DNA of 64,000 nt from Promethearchaeota archaeon (lineage in GTDB: Archaea; Asgardarchaeota; Lokiarchaeia; Sigyniarchaeales; SOKP01), in NCBI GenBank assembly GCA_048941285.1, contig JBHLNS010000001.1, positions 1-64,000 of the forward strand. The letters run 5' to 3'. The translations under genes were made by a program, and so were the position numbers. The notes beneath the pieces were generated by a model. It was given only the letters and a program-made list of their open reading frames with translations. It made no database searches and was not told where the DNA came from. Positions 30,921 through 41,391 of the stretch are shown here, one piece after another (position 1 is the first letter of the stretch; each line of letters begins with the position of its first letter).

Positions 30921-32612
30921 TTGATACCAAGAAGAGTTCAGAATAAGGCCATAATTTTATTCATAATTATAAGCTTTTTTCTAAGCTTTGCAAGTATTTC
31001 AATAAATAATAATTCACATATTATTAATTACACGGATAATAGGGAGCAAAAGGTACCTGAAATTGCTCTACCCGCTTTACCATATTGGGCGATAAGGCAA
31101 AATGCTACAAAAGTATATCGTTTATTTGAATCAGTTAATTTCACAATAAACACGTTTAATTTGGGTTCAGGAGATGCGGATAATGCGAAAATGAAAATAT
31201 CTTTTAGTAATAATTCAACACAATTTTATGACATGACATTTATAGGCAATGATAGATTCCGATGTGAGTATATACCTGATTATGATGCACCATTAGGATT
31301 TCAGAAAGTAAACTTTCTTGTGTATAATGCAACTAATGAATTAATGAATTCACAAGCAACTTCTACAAATTTCACGATTGTCTCAAATTATCTGGTGCAT
31401 GTAAATAGCTCACAATACTATATTGGAGATACAGTATATGGAGAAATGTTAGTAACTAATTTTGATACTTATGATTTTACTTGGAATACAACCATTGTGG
31501 ATATTTTAGATGAAGCTATTCAAACAAATATAATTAACTTTGATAAAAATATTGTTCAGTTTATATTCGCTTTAAGAAATGAATCTTTCAGTAATAATCG
31601 ATTCTATTATGTACAATTAAATATGACTGATAAAAATTTGGGGAGGAAAGAAACTGCTTATTTTCCTTTTTATATCAGTAATAATAAACCAATAATTAGC
31701 TCAAATATAGATCTATCACCTCAAGAAGTACTTAGAACAGAAGATTTTACAATCTCATTTAATGCTACCGATATTGAGAGTAAATCAAAAGATTTGATAC
31801 CTTGGATGTCCATTTATGATGCGGAAGGTAACAGAGTAATCCAAAATCAAATAGCTTTTGATAGTGATAATCTCTTCTCCGAAAGCTTTAATATACCTGC
31901 AAATAGACCTATCGGTAAGTATAGAGTTAATGTGACTCTAACTGACCCTCATGGTGCATCTTCATCAAAAATTACCTATCTAACTGTGGAAAATAACTTA
32001 CCTGAAATTCATTCTTATAGTATCAATGAATTTCAAATGGATCAAAAGATATCCATCTTTTATGGTAGAAACTTAGTCTTTTCCTTTAATGTGTCTGATA
32101 TTGAGGGAGTGGCATACGTCAAGGTTGGTCTTTTAAACGAAAATGATGAATGGTTTAATATCACACGTAATTATATCGGAGAAGACACTGAAATTACGAT
32201 AAGAACTTTTGATTTAATTGATGGGATCTGGTATGTATATATCTATGTTATAGATTCAGATGGAGCGATTGTAAGTCTTACTGATGACTATGATAAAGCA
32301 CCTCAGGGAATAAGAATAATCCCAGATGTTGTGAGTTATTACTTACCATGGATTTTATTTTTCGGTGGAATCACGTTCGGACTCCTTTTAGGTATAGTTG
32401 TGGCCTATAGTTATATGAAATCGAGAAGAGACACTCAAAAAATTACACCTAAAAAGAAAGAAATACCTGCTAAAAAGCAAATTGCTCAAAAAAGATTAAA
32501 AACAAAATCTAGTATACAAGAACCTGAGAAAAAAGCAACTGAAGAATTCACTAAAGAGAAGGAAAAAGAAAAAGAAGAGTTTCCTCAAAGAAAAATAAAA
32601 AGAAAATTATGA
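30921..32612 (+). CDS. Type-I membrane glycoprotein with Ig-like repeats and charged cytoplasmic tail
   Basis: Signal peptide; NNKP/NNLP..I, ATDIE, VSDIEG, DSDG beta-sandwich motifs; TM near aa 475-498; K/E-rich tail; 7 bp after the previous gene. Confidence 0.7.
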   Translation: MIPRRVQNKAIILFIIISFFLSFASISINNNSHIINYTDNREQKVPEIALPALPYWAIRQNATKVYRLFESVNFTINTFNLGSGDADNAKMKISFSNNSTQFYDMTFIGNDRFRCEYIPDYDAPLGFQKVNFLVYNATNELMNSQATSTNFTIVSNYLVHVNSSQYYIGDTVYGEMLVTNFDTYDFTWNTTIVDILDEAIQTNIINFDKNIVQFIFALRNESFSNNRFYYVQLNMTDKNLGRKETAYFPFYISNNKPIISSNIDLSPQEVLRTEDFTISFNATDIESKSKDLIPWMSIYDAEGNRVIQNQIAFDSDNLFSESFNIPANRPIGKYRVNVTLTDPHGASSSKITYLTVENNLPEIHSYSINEFQMDQKISIFYGRNLVFSFNVSDIEGVAYVKVGLLNENDEWFNITRNYIGEDTEITIRTFDLIDGIWYVYIYVIDSDGAIVSLTDDYDKAPQGIRIIPDVVSYYLPWILFFGGITFGLLLGIVVAYSYMKSRRDTQKITPKKKEIPAKKQIAQKRLKTKSSIQEPEKKATEEFTKEKEKEKEEFPQRKIKRKL

Positions 32613-32639
32613 ATTATTGATTTAAGTATTTTTTTATTT

Positions 32640-33554
32640 TTATAAATTTAAAATATCGTAGAGTCTATATTGGAATTTTCCAAGTGTTCCCCCATAATTA
32701 CCTGCAGATATACGATTTATCCCCGGGACTTTTACTGCTGCTTCAATTCCTAGTTTTAGTGCTTTCTTAACAGCTTCTTCAGTAGCACCATCTAGAACAA
32801 TTTCATAAACACAGTTATCTTCTTCTCTTAATTCTGAATCTTCTATTTTTGTTTTCAGAGTTGGGCAATATTTTTGATTAGTAGAAGCTCGCATAAATTC
32901 ATATTTTGAACCAACCTTGGATCCAGAACGCACAATCCCTCCTGGGAATGGTGCAATTACATTAGGAATATCTTTAATTGCTTCAATTGCCTTTTCAGCA
33001 GCTTCTAATGCAGAATCTTGATCTTTGCCAATAATTAAAAAATTACCACCTGCTATTCCTTTTCCTACTTTAAAAGAATTTTGAACAATAAATTCCCCTT
33101 CCATAACGGGAATTTTAAACGCTTCAAACATATAAACACCCGTTAGTTTTTCTTGGAATCCATCGCCAAAAAATTTTAAATTATTACCAGATTTTATTTC
33201 AAATTCTTTAGAGGGATCAAGAGAGGTATCTAAAGCATCGAAGCATGCAGTAGTAGGGCAGGTTAAAACACATTCACCAATTCGATGTGTTAAAACCATA
33301 CTCATTTCATCTTTTTTGTTCTTAAAAAACATTAATATAACCCCTGGGCGACTGTCAGGAGTATTTTCTGCATTAACAAAAATATCAATTCCTGCTTCAG
33401 CATCACAACCAATTGTTGATGTACCATACCCAGTTGCTTCTTGAGCTGCTATGGTTGCCCATTTCTTGTTCTTTGCTGTCACTAAAACTCGAGTAAAAAC
33501 AGTTCCAAAAGCCTCACAAAAAGTATCTTCAATCTCCACACCATTTAACTCCAT
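32640..33554 (-). CDS. ftr: Formylmethanofuran--tetrahydromethanopterin N-formyltransferase
   Basis: NGVEIEDTFCEAF, TPDSRPG, VLTCPTTA, FFGDG, GIAGGNF, PFPGGIVRSGSK, ISAGNYGG. Confidence 0.96.
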   Translation of the reverse strand: MELNGVEIEDTFCEAFGTVFTRVLVTAKNKKWATIAAQEATGYGTSTIGCDAEAGIDIFVNAENTPDSRPGVILMFFKNKKDEMSMVLTHRIGECVLTCPTTACFDALDTSLDPSKEFEIKSGNNLKFFGDGFQEKLTGVYMFEAFKIPVMEGEFIVQNSFKVGKGIAGGNFLIIGKDQDSALEAAEKAIEAIKDIPNVIAPFPGGIVRSGSKVGSKYEFMRASTNQKYCPTLKTKIEDSELREEDNCVYEIVLDGATEEAVKKALKLGIEAAVKVPGINRISAGNYGGTLGKFQYRLYDILNL

Positions 33555-33715
33555 TTTGAATATTACACCTTAAATTTGTTATTTACCTTATTTTTATGTT
33601 ATTTGTATTTACTAATAGAGTTCCCTATTTTATAAAATTTAAAAAAAAAAAAATAAAAATATTAAAAAATTGTAAGGTTACATAACTCATATTTAAAATT
33701 TAAATAATAAAAAAC

Positions 33716-34567
33716 TTGTTAAAAATGAGCATAGAAGAGAAAATACTTAAAATCGGTATTCTTAAAAATGGAACAATTGGTTCTTCTTTATTACTTGCTT
33801 TCTTAATGGATGAAAGAGCAGAAGCTACACGAATCAATGTAAGAGAAGTTACTTCTGGTGCTAAAATGCATCCTCCAGAACATTGTATAGATACAATGAA
33901 AAAACTATTAGAATTTAACCCAGAATTAATAATAATGTCTAGCCCAAATGCATCATTACCTGGGCCAAAAGCAGTTAGAGAAATGGCAGGAAACATCCCT
34001 ACTATAGTAATTTCTGATTCTCCTGCCAAAAAATCTATTGATGAAATAAAAGAAAAGAATATGGGGTATATATTAGTAGATTGTGATAGTATGATAGGAG
34101 CACGTAGACCTTTTCTCGATCCTATTGAAATGAGTATATTTAACTCAGATTTACTAAAGGTGTTAGCTATTACTGGTGCCCTACAAGTAATATCAGAAGA
34201 ATTAAATAATGTTATTATGGATATGCTTGATGGTAGAATCACTAGTTTACCTCAAATAATAATTGATGCAAACAGGGCAACTGAGGCTGCTAATTTTTCT
34301 AATCCTTATGCTAGAGCTAAAGCAATAGCTGCTTTTGAACTTGCTGCTTCAGTATCTAAGATTACTGCAAAAGCTTGTTTCCAATTAAAAGAAAGAGAGG
34401 ATTATATGCCACTTTTAGCTGCAGCTCATGAGATGATGAGGACAGCAGCCTTTATGTGTGATAAAGCAAGAGAAATTGAAAAATTTAATGATTCAGTTAT
34501 CAGACGGCCGCATCACGCCAAACAGCATTTCCTTAGTAAAATTGGCTTATATGATAAAGAGCAATAA
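33716..34567 (+). CDS. mtd: F420-dependent methylene-H4MPT dehydrogenase
   Basis: KIGILKNGTIG, DERA, SGAKM, SPNASLPGP, DSMIGARRPFLDP.EM..FN.D, NPYARAKA, AAHE; start probably ATG 33725. Confidence 0.95.
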   Translation: MLKMSIEEKILKIGILKNGTIGSSLLLAFLMDERAEATRINVREVTSGAKMHPPEHCIDTMKKLLEFNPELIIMSSPNASLPGPKAVREMAGNIPTIVISDSPAKKSIDEIKEKNMGYILVDCDSMIGARRPFLDPIEMSIFNSDLLKVLAITGALQVISEELNNVIMDMLDGRITSLPQIIIDANRATEAANFSNPYARAKAIAAFELAASVSKITAKACFQLKEREDYMPLLAAAHEMMRTAAFMCDKAREIEKFNDSVIRRPHHAKQHFLSKIGLYDKEQ

Positions 34568-34605
34568 AATTATTTAAACTCAATTTTTATTTTCAATTTT
34601 ATAAA

Positions 34606-35562
34606 TTAAAATTCAGAAGATTTCAAATAAAGTTTTAAATTTTTGAACACATCACCAGTAAATGCATTCATTACACTTGAAAATACTTCAGGTTGTTTAT
34701 TTTTTGTTACAGCCATTAATACAGCCCCATTACTAACTTCTTTTACTAAAATCCAGCAATTATCTGACTCATAGACAACACTTGACAATGATAAAGGAGA
34801 TAGATTTGAAACATTTTGAAGTTCCATAATATGCTGATAAATACTATAAATATTAGAATCTAAGGTTCCTATTTCAAATTTCATAAATTTTAATGGCTTT
34901 GATTCAAACTTACCGAATGTAGAAGAAATTAATAATCCATCGGGTTGGTTAAATAAGAGATATTCAGATAAGGTATTCAATTTTAACTCATCTAATAAAT
35001 GACGGATTTTTCCTAAACGTTGCATAGAAAGAGTATTCTTTTGGATTTCATAATCGAGGATTTCAATTAATCTATGTTGAGCACTTCCTTCTTTTACAGA
35101 TACAGGAGTAAATGAGAGTTTTGACAGTAAACCATCATTCATATCTTGTGTTAAAATTTCATAAAATTCATCTTCTTTTGATTCTTTTAGATCAATTTTA
35201 TTTAGTAATACATAAACCATTTCAATCTTAGGAGAGAATTCAAAAATAAACTTTAAGAATTTATCAAAAATATGTCGCACTTCAGGATCGACTGCACTAG
35301 AATCGACCATGAAAACAGCTGTGGTTGCTTCTGAAAATATTAATTCACGTTGAGATTCTGAGAAGTAACGCTCCATATAGCGTTCTTGACCTCCAAGGTC
35401 CCAAACATTAAGTTCCATTATACCACGAAAAATAAAATTTTCTCGAGAAACGCCTTTAGTAGGTTTAAGATTTAAAACCTTCATAAAATTATACCCGAGA
35501 CACGTGGTACGCATTAATGATGTTTTACCAGCACCAGCAGGACCGAACAATAATATTTTCAT
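34606..35562 (-). CDS. RagA/Gtr1-like small GTPase with C-terminal roadblock/longin-like domain
   Basis: GPAGAGKTS, LKPT, LNVWDLGGQERYMERYF..QRELIF (cf. RagA WDCGGQ..FMENYF..QRDNIF), NKID; C-terminal DGLLISS. Confidence 0.85.
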   Translation of the reverse strand: MKILLFGPAGAGKTSLMRTTCLGYNFMKVLNLKPTKGVSRENFIFRGIMELNVWDLGGQERYMERYFSESQRELIFSEATTAVFMVDSSAVDPEVRHIFDKFLKFIFEFSPKIEMVYVLLNKIDLKESKEDEFYEILTQDMNDGLLSKLSFTPVSVKEGSAQHRLIEILDYEIQKNTLSMQRLGKIRHLLDELKLNTLSEYLLFNQPDGLLISSTFGKFESKPLKFMKFEIGTLDSNIYSIYQHIMELQNVSNLSPLSLSSVVYESDNCWILVKEVSNGAVLMAVTKNKQPEVFSSVMNAFTGDVFKNLKLYLKSSEF

Positions 35563-35696
35563 TTAAATAAAACCCAATTTACAATTAGTTTTTTATTTAT
35601 TTTCAATATATTTTTTATACTTTAATTTTTATTTAATTTTTTCTAATTATCAAAAGAAAATTAGTTTTTGAATGAATTTGAATTTATTTCTAATTA

Positions 35697-35739
35697 ATCA
35701 TTTTTAATTATCATTTTTAATTATCATTTTTAATTATCA
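35697..35739. repeat. Perfect 13-bp tandem repeat (ATCATTTTTAATT) x3.3
   Basis: Copies start at 35697, 35710 and 35723, with a partial copy at 35736, in the divergent Rag-like GTPase/apt intergenic region. Confidence 0.9.
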
Positions 35740-35785
35740 AATTTATGCATATACATCGTAAACTTAAAAAATAAAATGAATTGAA

Positions 35786-36313
35786 ATGAATTTAGAGGAT
35801 TATATAAGGAACGTACCTGATTTCCCGGTTAAAGGTATTCAGTTTAAAGATATTACAACTTTAGCGCAAAATTACTCAGCTTTTAAAGAATCCTGTGATA
35901 GAATTATTAATTATTATAGAGATAAAGAAATATCTAAAGTAGCAGCTATTGAGGCTCGTGGATATGTATGGGGTGGGGTATTAGCATACCATTTGGGAGC
36001 CGGATTTATTTTAATGAGAAAACCAGGCAAATTACCATACAAAACTCTAAAAGAAACATATGAACTTGAGTATGGTACAGATAGTATTGAAATGCATATT
36101 GATGCAGTTAATAATGGAGATCGAGTATTAGTTTTTGATGATTTATTAGCTACTGGAGGCACTGCTAAAGCGGCATGTAAGTTAATAGAGAAGGCTGGGG
36201 GTGTAGTTATAGGGATTGCTTTTGTAATTGAATTGACAGGAAGTTTACATGGCAGGGAAAAACTAAAAAACTATGACGTTCTTTCTTTATTAGAAATTCC
36301 AGTTGAAGAATAA
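35786..36313 (+). CDS. apt: Adenine phosphoribosyltransferase
   Basis: PDFP..GIQFKDIT, EARG, RKPGKLP, YELEYG, VFDDLLATGGT. Confidence 0.95.
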   Translation: MNLEDYIRNVPDFPVKGIQFKDITTLAQNYSAFKESCDRIINYYRDKEISKVAAIEARGYVWGGVLAYHLGAGFILMRKPGKLPYKTLKETYELEYGTDSIEMHIDAVNNGDRVLVFDDLLATGGTAKAACKLIEKAGGVVIGIAFVIELTGSLHGREKLKNYDVLSLLEIPVEE

Positions 36314-36365
36314 AATTGCCTTTAAAACAAATTGTTAAGGATATTTTAAAAACATATATTTTTTT

Positions 36366-37364
36366 TTATATTCCTTCCAATTCTGGCGGAATGTAGCCAA
36401 ACGTATTTAAGAACCGTTCTCTTACCATTAAAATATTAAAAATTTGAGTTTGAGCTCCAGTTGTTTCAACTACAAATGATCCGATTATTGCTCCTAATCT
36501 ACATGAATCCAATAGGGTCATATCTAAAGTTAAACCAGTTAATATCCCAGCGCGGTATCCGTCCCCTGCACCAGTAGTATCTACTATTTTATCTGCAGTA
36601 GCAATAGGAATATGAATTTTAAAGATTTTCTTTTTACGATCTTTATAAATTAAATCAGAGCCCTTAGAACCTTGAGTTATGATAATTGCATTAAGAAACT
36701 CAAGAATTTGATCTTCAGTTAACTCAGATTTCTCTTTTATTTGAGAAATTTCATGATTATTACCAATCAATATTTCCGATTTCATGAGTAATTCAAGTAG
36801 GTTATCTTTTTTGAAAAGTGGGGTCACTTGACCAGGATCAAATATTGTAGGGATCTTTAAATCACTTAACTGATGCGCAAAATTAGTCATAGCCTCTATA
36901 CTTTGAGTAGAATTTATGGCATAAATGAATTCTTCTGGATTCGAAATTCTCTCTTTTAAATTAATATCCTTACACTTATCTAAAGCCCCACCATGAAAAA
37001 TAATCATTTGATTAGATTTAATATCATTCACGATATAACATGCAGCAGTAAAAAGATCTTCATGCACATCAAGGAGTAATTCCACGTTTCTAAATTGCTT
37101 TATATGCTCCATATATCCCAATCTTTCAAAATCATCTCCTACCGAACCAAATATAGAAACATTTGCAATATTTAAAAGTCCTAAGTTATAAGCAATATTA
37201 CCAGCCGTTCCTCCAAAAAATTGATAACGACTGTCTGCTGTAACAGTACTTTGATATTCCTCCTTATCGTGATTAATAGAAACCGCTTTAATAAAGCTTT
37301 CTTTAAAACCCATTATATAATCAAAAGCTAATGAACCAAGAACTAGAACTTTGTTTTTTACCAT
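36366..37364 (-). CDS. PfkB-family nucleoside (adenosine) kinase-like protein
   Basis: GSLAFD, GGTAGNIAY, FDPGQ, DTTGAGDGY. Confidence 0.88.
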   Translation of the reverse strand: MVKNKVLVLGSLAFDYIMGFKESFIKAVSINHDKEEYQSTVTADSRYQFFGGTAGNIAYNLGLLNIANVSIFGSVGDDFERLGYMEHIKQFRNVELLLDVHEDLFTAACYIVNDIKSNQMIIFHGGALDKCKDINLKERISNPEEFIYAINSTQSIEAMTNFAHQLSDLKIPTIFDPGQVTPLFKKDNLLELLMKSEILIGNNHEISQIKEKSELTEDQILEFLNAIIITQGSKGSDLIYKDRKKKIFKIHIPIATADKIVDTTGAGDGYRAGILTGLTLDMTLLDSCRLGAIIGSFVVETTGAQTQIFNILMVRERFLNTFGYIPPELEGI

Positions 37365-37497
37365 GAAATAATCTAATAAATTTTAGAAGTATATTTTAAA
37401 TTAATCTGTATTATGTTTAAAATTTATAGAATTTGGCAGCGACGACTAAGTTTAATAACAAATAATTTAAAAAATTTTAAATTTAATACTTTAAATA

Positions 37498-38265
37498 TTG
37501 CATAAGTTGAAAAATATGGTAAAAATAGGAATAATTGGTGGATCAGGATTAGATAACCCTGAAATTCTAAAAGGCGTCATGGATATAGAGGTTGATACAG
37601 AGTATGGAAAACCTAGTTCCCCTTTAAAGGTTGGAAAAATTAATGATATTGACGTAATACTCATAGCTAGACACGGAAGACAACATACTATTCCTCCTAC
37701 GCAAGTAAATTATAGAGCTAACATACAAGCATTAAAAGATCAAGGGTGTTCACATATACTCGCTACAACAGCTTGCGGTAGTTTAAGAGAGGAAATAGAG
37801 CGAGGTGATCTAGTAATTCTTGATCAATTTATAGATTTCACTCGTCTCAGAAAAATATCCTTTTTTGAAGAATTTGCTCCTGGTGATATGAAGCATACAC
37901 CAATGGCAGATCCCTATTCAAAAAAATTAAGAGAAATACTCATTAAAACTGCTAAGGAATTGAATCTTAAGCATCATGAGACTGGAACCGTTGTTACCAT
38001 TGAAGGCCCTAGATTTTCTACAAGAGCAGAATCAAATATGTTTCGGATATGGGGTGCTGATGTAATAAATATGAGCATTGCTCCTGAGACTATTTTGGCT
38101 AATGAAATTGGTATTCCATACGCTGCTGTTGCAATGTCTACGGATTATGACTGTTGGAAAGAAGATGAAACTCCAGTGACATGGGAAGAGATCTTGAAAA
38201 TTTTTGGCAAGAATGTTAATAATGTTATTGCTTTATTAGTAAATGCAATAAATAAAATACAATAA
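37498..38265 (+). CDS. mtnP: 5'-methylthioadenosine phosphorylase
   Basis: IGIIGGSG, ARHG..H..PP..VNYRANI, EGPRFSTRAES, NMS, STDYDCW; start probably ATG 37516. Confidence 0.93.
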   Translation: MHKLKNMVKIGIIGGSGLDNPEILKGVMDIEVDTEYGKPSSPLKVGKINDIDVILIARHGRQHTIPPTQVNYRANIQALKDQGCSHILATTACGSLREEIERGDLVILDQFIDFTRLRKISFFEEFAPGDMKHTPMADPYSKKLREILIKTAKELNLKHHETGTVVTIEGPRFSTRAESNMFRIWGADVINMSIAPETILANEIGIPYAAVAMSTDYDCWKEDETPVTWEEILKIFGKNVNNVIALLVNAINKIQ

Positions 38266-38450
38266 ATCTTAACTACCGAGTTAATTCTTTATTCTTTTTT
38301 TTCTTCTTAAACCAAATATTATTTAACAAGATGAAAGTCGATTTTTTAGAGGATTTTTTATGTTTTTTTTAAAAAAGTTGATATTTCTTAATGGTTTTTC
38401 TTAAATAATATATTTTTATGATATTTAGAGCTAGTTTTTATTTTTGAAAT

Positions 38451-39758
38451 ATGACAAAAATATCATTCCTAGGAGGTTGCAGAGAAATTGGACGCTCATG
38501 TATTTTGGTTGAATCAAATAATGGTTCCAAATGCCTGTTAGACTATGGTATAGGATTCAATAGCGATGATAGATTACCGCTAGAAACAGATTTTACTAAC
38601 TTAAGATCAGTTGCGCTTACTCACAGTCATGTGGATCATTCAGGAGCGTTACCGTTTATATATTCAAAATGCAAAGTTCCATTCTTCACCAATTCAATTT
38701 CACTTGAAATTACTGAGCTGTTAATAAGAGATATGATACAGATTTCAAAATATCCATACCCCTTTGGATTTAGGGAATTAGATAGTTTAAGACAAAATTC
38801 ATATTTCTTGAAGAATGGTACTCGTCAAAAGATAGGGAATAATTTTCATATAACTTTTATTGATGCAGGGCATATTCCTGGAAGTGTTTCAATTTTACTT
38901 GAAGTTGATAATAAGCGAATACTTTATTCTGGAGATATTAATACTCAAAATACTAATTTGATTCACCCTGCTGATTACTTAAATGTACCCAAATTAGATG
39001 TATTGATTGTTGAGTCTACATATGCCTTAAAAGAGCACCCCCCCAGAGAATTATTGGAGGAAAAATTCATAGATAAAATTATTGATGTTACTCAAAATGG
39101 GGGTAAAGTTTTAATTCCTGCTTTTGGTGTTGCACGTTCACAAGAAGCATTGTTAATTTTAGAAAAATATAATTATTCGGGTAAAATTTTTGTAGATGGA
39201 TTAGCTAGAAAAGTATCTAGCATCTATTTAGAGTATCCAGAGTTTATTAAAGATATAAAAGCGTTTAAACAAGTTCTAAAAAAAAGTGAATTCATTTCAA
39301 AGAAAAAAGATAGACTTCATGTAAAAAAATCAAATGGAGTGATTATATCTCCTTCTGGTATGCTTAAAGGAGGTGCTGCTATAGATTATGTAGAAACAAT
39401 TTTAAACGATCCAGCATCTGCAATTTATTTAGTAGGATATCAAGTTGAAGGTAGCCCAGGAAGAGGATTACTAGATGATGGAATTTTTGAATTTAAGGAA
39501 TCTCGTAAGAAGAAAAAGATGTATCATAATCTTCAGATCAAAGCGAAATGTGATTATGATTATTTTGATTTTTCGAGTCATGCAGATAGTATACATCTGT
39601 ATAATTATATCGAAAATTTAGAATTTCGAAATAAAAATCATAATAATATATTTTGTATCCATGGTGATAATAAATCAACAACAACCTTTGCTAGTGAATT
39701 AGTAAAGAAAGGTTACAATTCTGTTGCTCCTGAAATTGGAGAAATTTATAGAATATAG
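38451..39758 (+). CDS. Metallo-beta-lactamase/beta-CASP ribonuclease (aCPSF-like, no KH domains)
   Basis: LGGCREIGRS, THSHVDHSG, GHIPG, SGD, ESTY, GYQ, SSHAD, IHGD. Confidence 0.88.
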   Translation: MTKISFLGGCREIGRSCILVESNNGSKCLLDYGIGFNSDDRLPLETDFTNLRSVALTHSHVDHSGALPFIYSKCKVPFFTNSISLEITELLIRDMIQISKYPYPFGFRELDSLRQNSYFLKNGTRQKIGNNFHITFIDAGHIPGSVSILLEVDNKRILYSGDINTQNTNLIHPADYLNVPKLDVLIVESTYALKEHPPRELLEEKFIDKIIDVTQNGGKVLIPAFGVARSQEALLILEKYNYSGKIFVDGLARKVSSIYLEYPEFIKDIKAFKQVLKKSEFISKKKDRLHVKKSNGVIISPSGMLKGGAAIDYVETILNDPASAIYLVGYQVEGSPGRGLLDDGIFEFKESRKKKKMYHNLQIKAKCDYDYFDFSSHADSIHLYNYIENLEFRNKNHNNIFCIHGDNKSTTTFASELVKKGYNSVAPEIGEIYRI

Positions 39759-39770
39759 ATCGGTAAATTT

Positions 39771-41309
39771 TTATTTTCCATGCAATTGCTTCCTAATTAC
39801 CAGATTACAATTTTCTAAAAAACTATCTACTCTATCTAGTGGAATTTTTGTGCCAGCAGCGGGAGGATGGCCTCCACCTAATACATCTAAACCAGTTTGC
39901 TCACAAGCTTCTCTAATTGCTTTTGAGAGATTAACACCTCTATTTACAATCATTTTATGTGCCCTCCCAGAAACTTTATAGACATCCTCATTTTCTCTTT
40001 TGGCTAAACCAAATATAGGTTTAGTTTTATCAAATCCTTCACTACTTTCAAAAATTATCATTGAAGCAATTGTACCAACCATTGTCTCAGGAATAATTTC
40101 TTCAGCGAAAAAATATTGAATATATTCCTTTTGTTGAATTTTATCATTATCTTTAAGCCATGTTAAACTCTTTAATAATGTTTTCTTGTAATTTATAAGA
40201 ATCTCTTGAGATTTTTGATAAGAATTTCTTCTATCTCCCATCGCTATTGCGATCCCTAAAGAACCATGATTTAATCTACCACAAGCATTTAAAAGATTGG
40301 AAAAATCTCCAACATCGTATAAATCCGTACCTACTTTTTCATTTTTCAATAAAAATCTATTTATGATTAATTTCTCAATAATATCACTCGGTTCAATATC
40401 AAGTTTTAGGGAACCATATTCAATGATAGCAGCAGAAATCTTTTGCTTTTCATCTTTATTAAGTTCGGTTAGAGATTTTATGTCTCCTTTTGAATTTTCC
40501 ATTAGTATCCCTAATGTCTTTAAAAATATTAAGGTTCTATTGACATCGCCAGTTAGTCCAGGTAACTCAATTTCATTAGAATAAGCAATTGCTTCATTTA
40601 AAGGTTTTATTGAAGAAAAATTCAAATCACTTATTATTTCAATCAATCCTAAATTCTTCGCATCCTCTAAAATCAGTGAATTTAAACCTAAAAATGATTT
40701 ATTCGGACCTTGATTTTGAATATCTCCCATGGCCCCAATAATCGCATTACAGGATAAATCGACATTATTCTCATTTAAGATTTTCGCAAAATAATAGCAT
40801 AATCCTGCACCAGATACTTCTAAACTTCCATCAAATCCAAAAAAATACGGATTCAAATGCCACTGACATGTTTTATTAAAAATTTCACTAATTAGATCAT
40901 CCTGTTCTTTAGTGGATACCTTCTGTGGAAGATGATGATCTAATATGATAAAGGAATTAAAATCTTCTTTCTCAATCAATTCATTTTGAAGTTCAAGATA
41001 TTGGCCACTTCCAAAATCTGTAAAAAATAAAAATTTATTAAAACTCTTTACATCTTTAGAGATATTTCTAATTATTTCCTTTTCTAACTGTTTTAAAACA
41101 GTAATTTGAAATGGTAGATTTTCTCTGATTAGAGCTCTGCCTAAAATAGCACCTCCACTTAATCCGTCAGCGTCTAAGTGAGTATATATATGAACTGATG
41201 ATTTATTTTTCTGAATAGACGTAGTAAAATTATTTTTTAAAATCTCTAGAGCATTATAGAATTTATCAAATTTATTTGTCAAGTTCTTCATTTTATATAG
41301 AAGTAGCAA
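39771..41309 (-). CDS. Archaeal RecJ/GAN (Cdc45-related) DHH-family nuclease
   Basis: HLDADG, TDFG, DHH, GAMGD, LNACGR, VSGR, GGGHPPAAG. Confidence 0.9.
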   Translation of the reverse strand: MLLLYKMKNLTNKFDKFYNALEILKNNFTTSIQKNKSSVHIYTHLDADGLSGGAILGRALIRENLPFQITVLKQLEKEIIRNISKDVKSFNKFLFFTDFGSGQYLELQNELIEKEDFNSFIILDHHLPQKVSTKEQDDLISEIFNKTCQWHLNPYFFGFDGSLEVSGAGLCYYFAKILNENNVDLSCNAIIGAMGDIQNQGPNKSFLGLNSLILEDAKNLGLIEIISDLNFSSIKPLNEAIAYSNEIELPGLTGDVNRTLIFLKTLGILMENSKGDIKSLTELNKDEKQKISAAIIEYGSLKLDIEPSDIIEKLIINRFLLKNEKVGTDLYDVGDFSNLLNACGRLNHGSLGIAIAMGDRRNSYQKSQEILINYKKTLLKSLTWLKDNDKIQQKEYIQYFFAEEIIPETMVGTIASMIIFESSEGFDKTKPIFGLAKRENEDVYKVSGRAHKMIVNRGVNLSKAIREACEQTGLDVLGGGHPPAAGTKIPLDRVDSFLENCNLVIRKQLHGK

Positions 41310-41391
41310 AATTAATAATCTATTATATTAAATTATCAAATTAATAATATATACTCAATCAAAAAAAGTAAATTTAATGAAGTGAAAAGAA

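Noticed and set aside
33641-33653. Long poly-A run between ftr and mtd as a phase-variation site
   Set aside because: A/T homopolymers are frequent in these intergenic regions (terminator-like) and run lengths are error-prone
35697-35739. CRISPR array
   Set aside because: The repeats are 13 bp, directly adjacent with no spacers, and no cas genes are present
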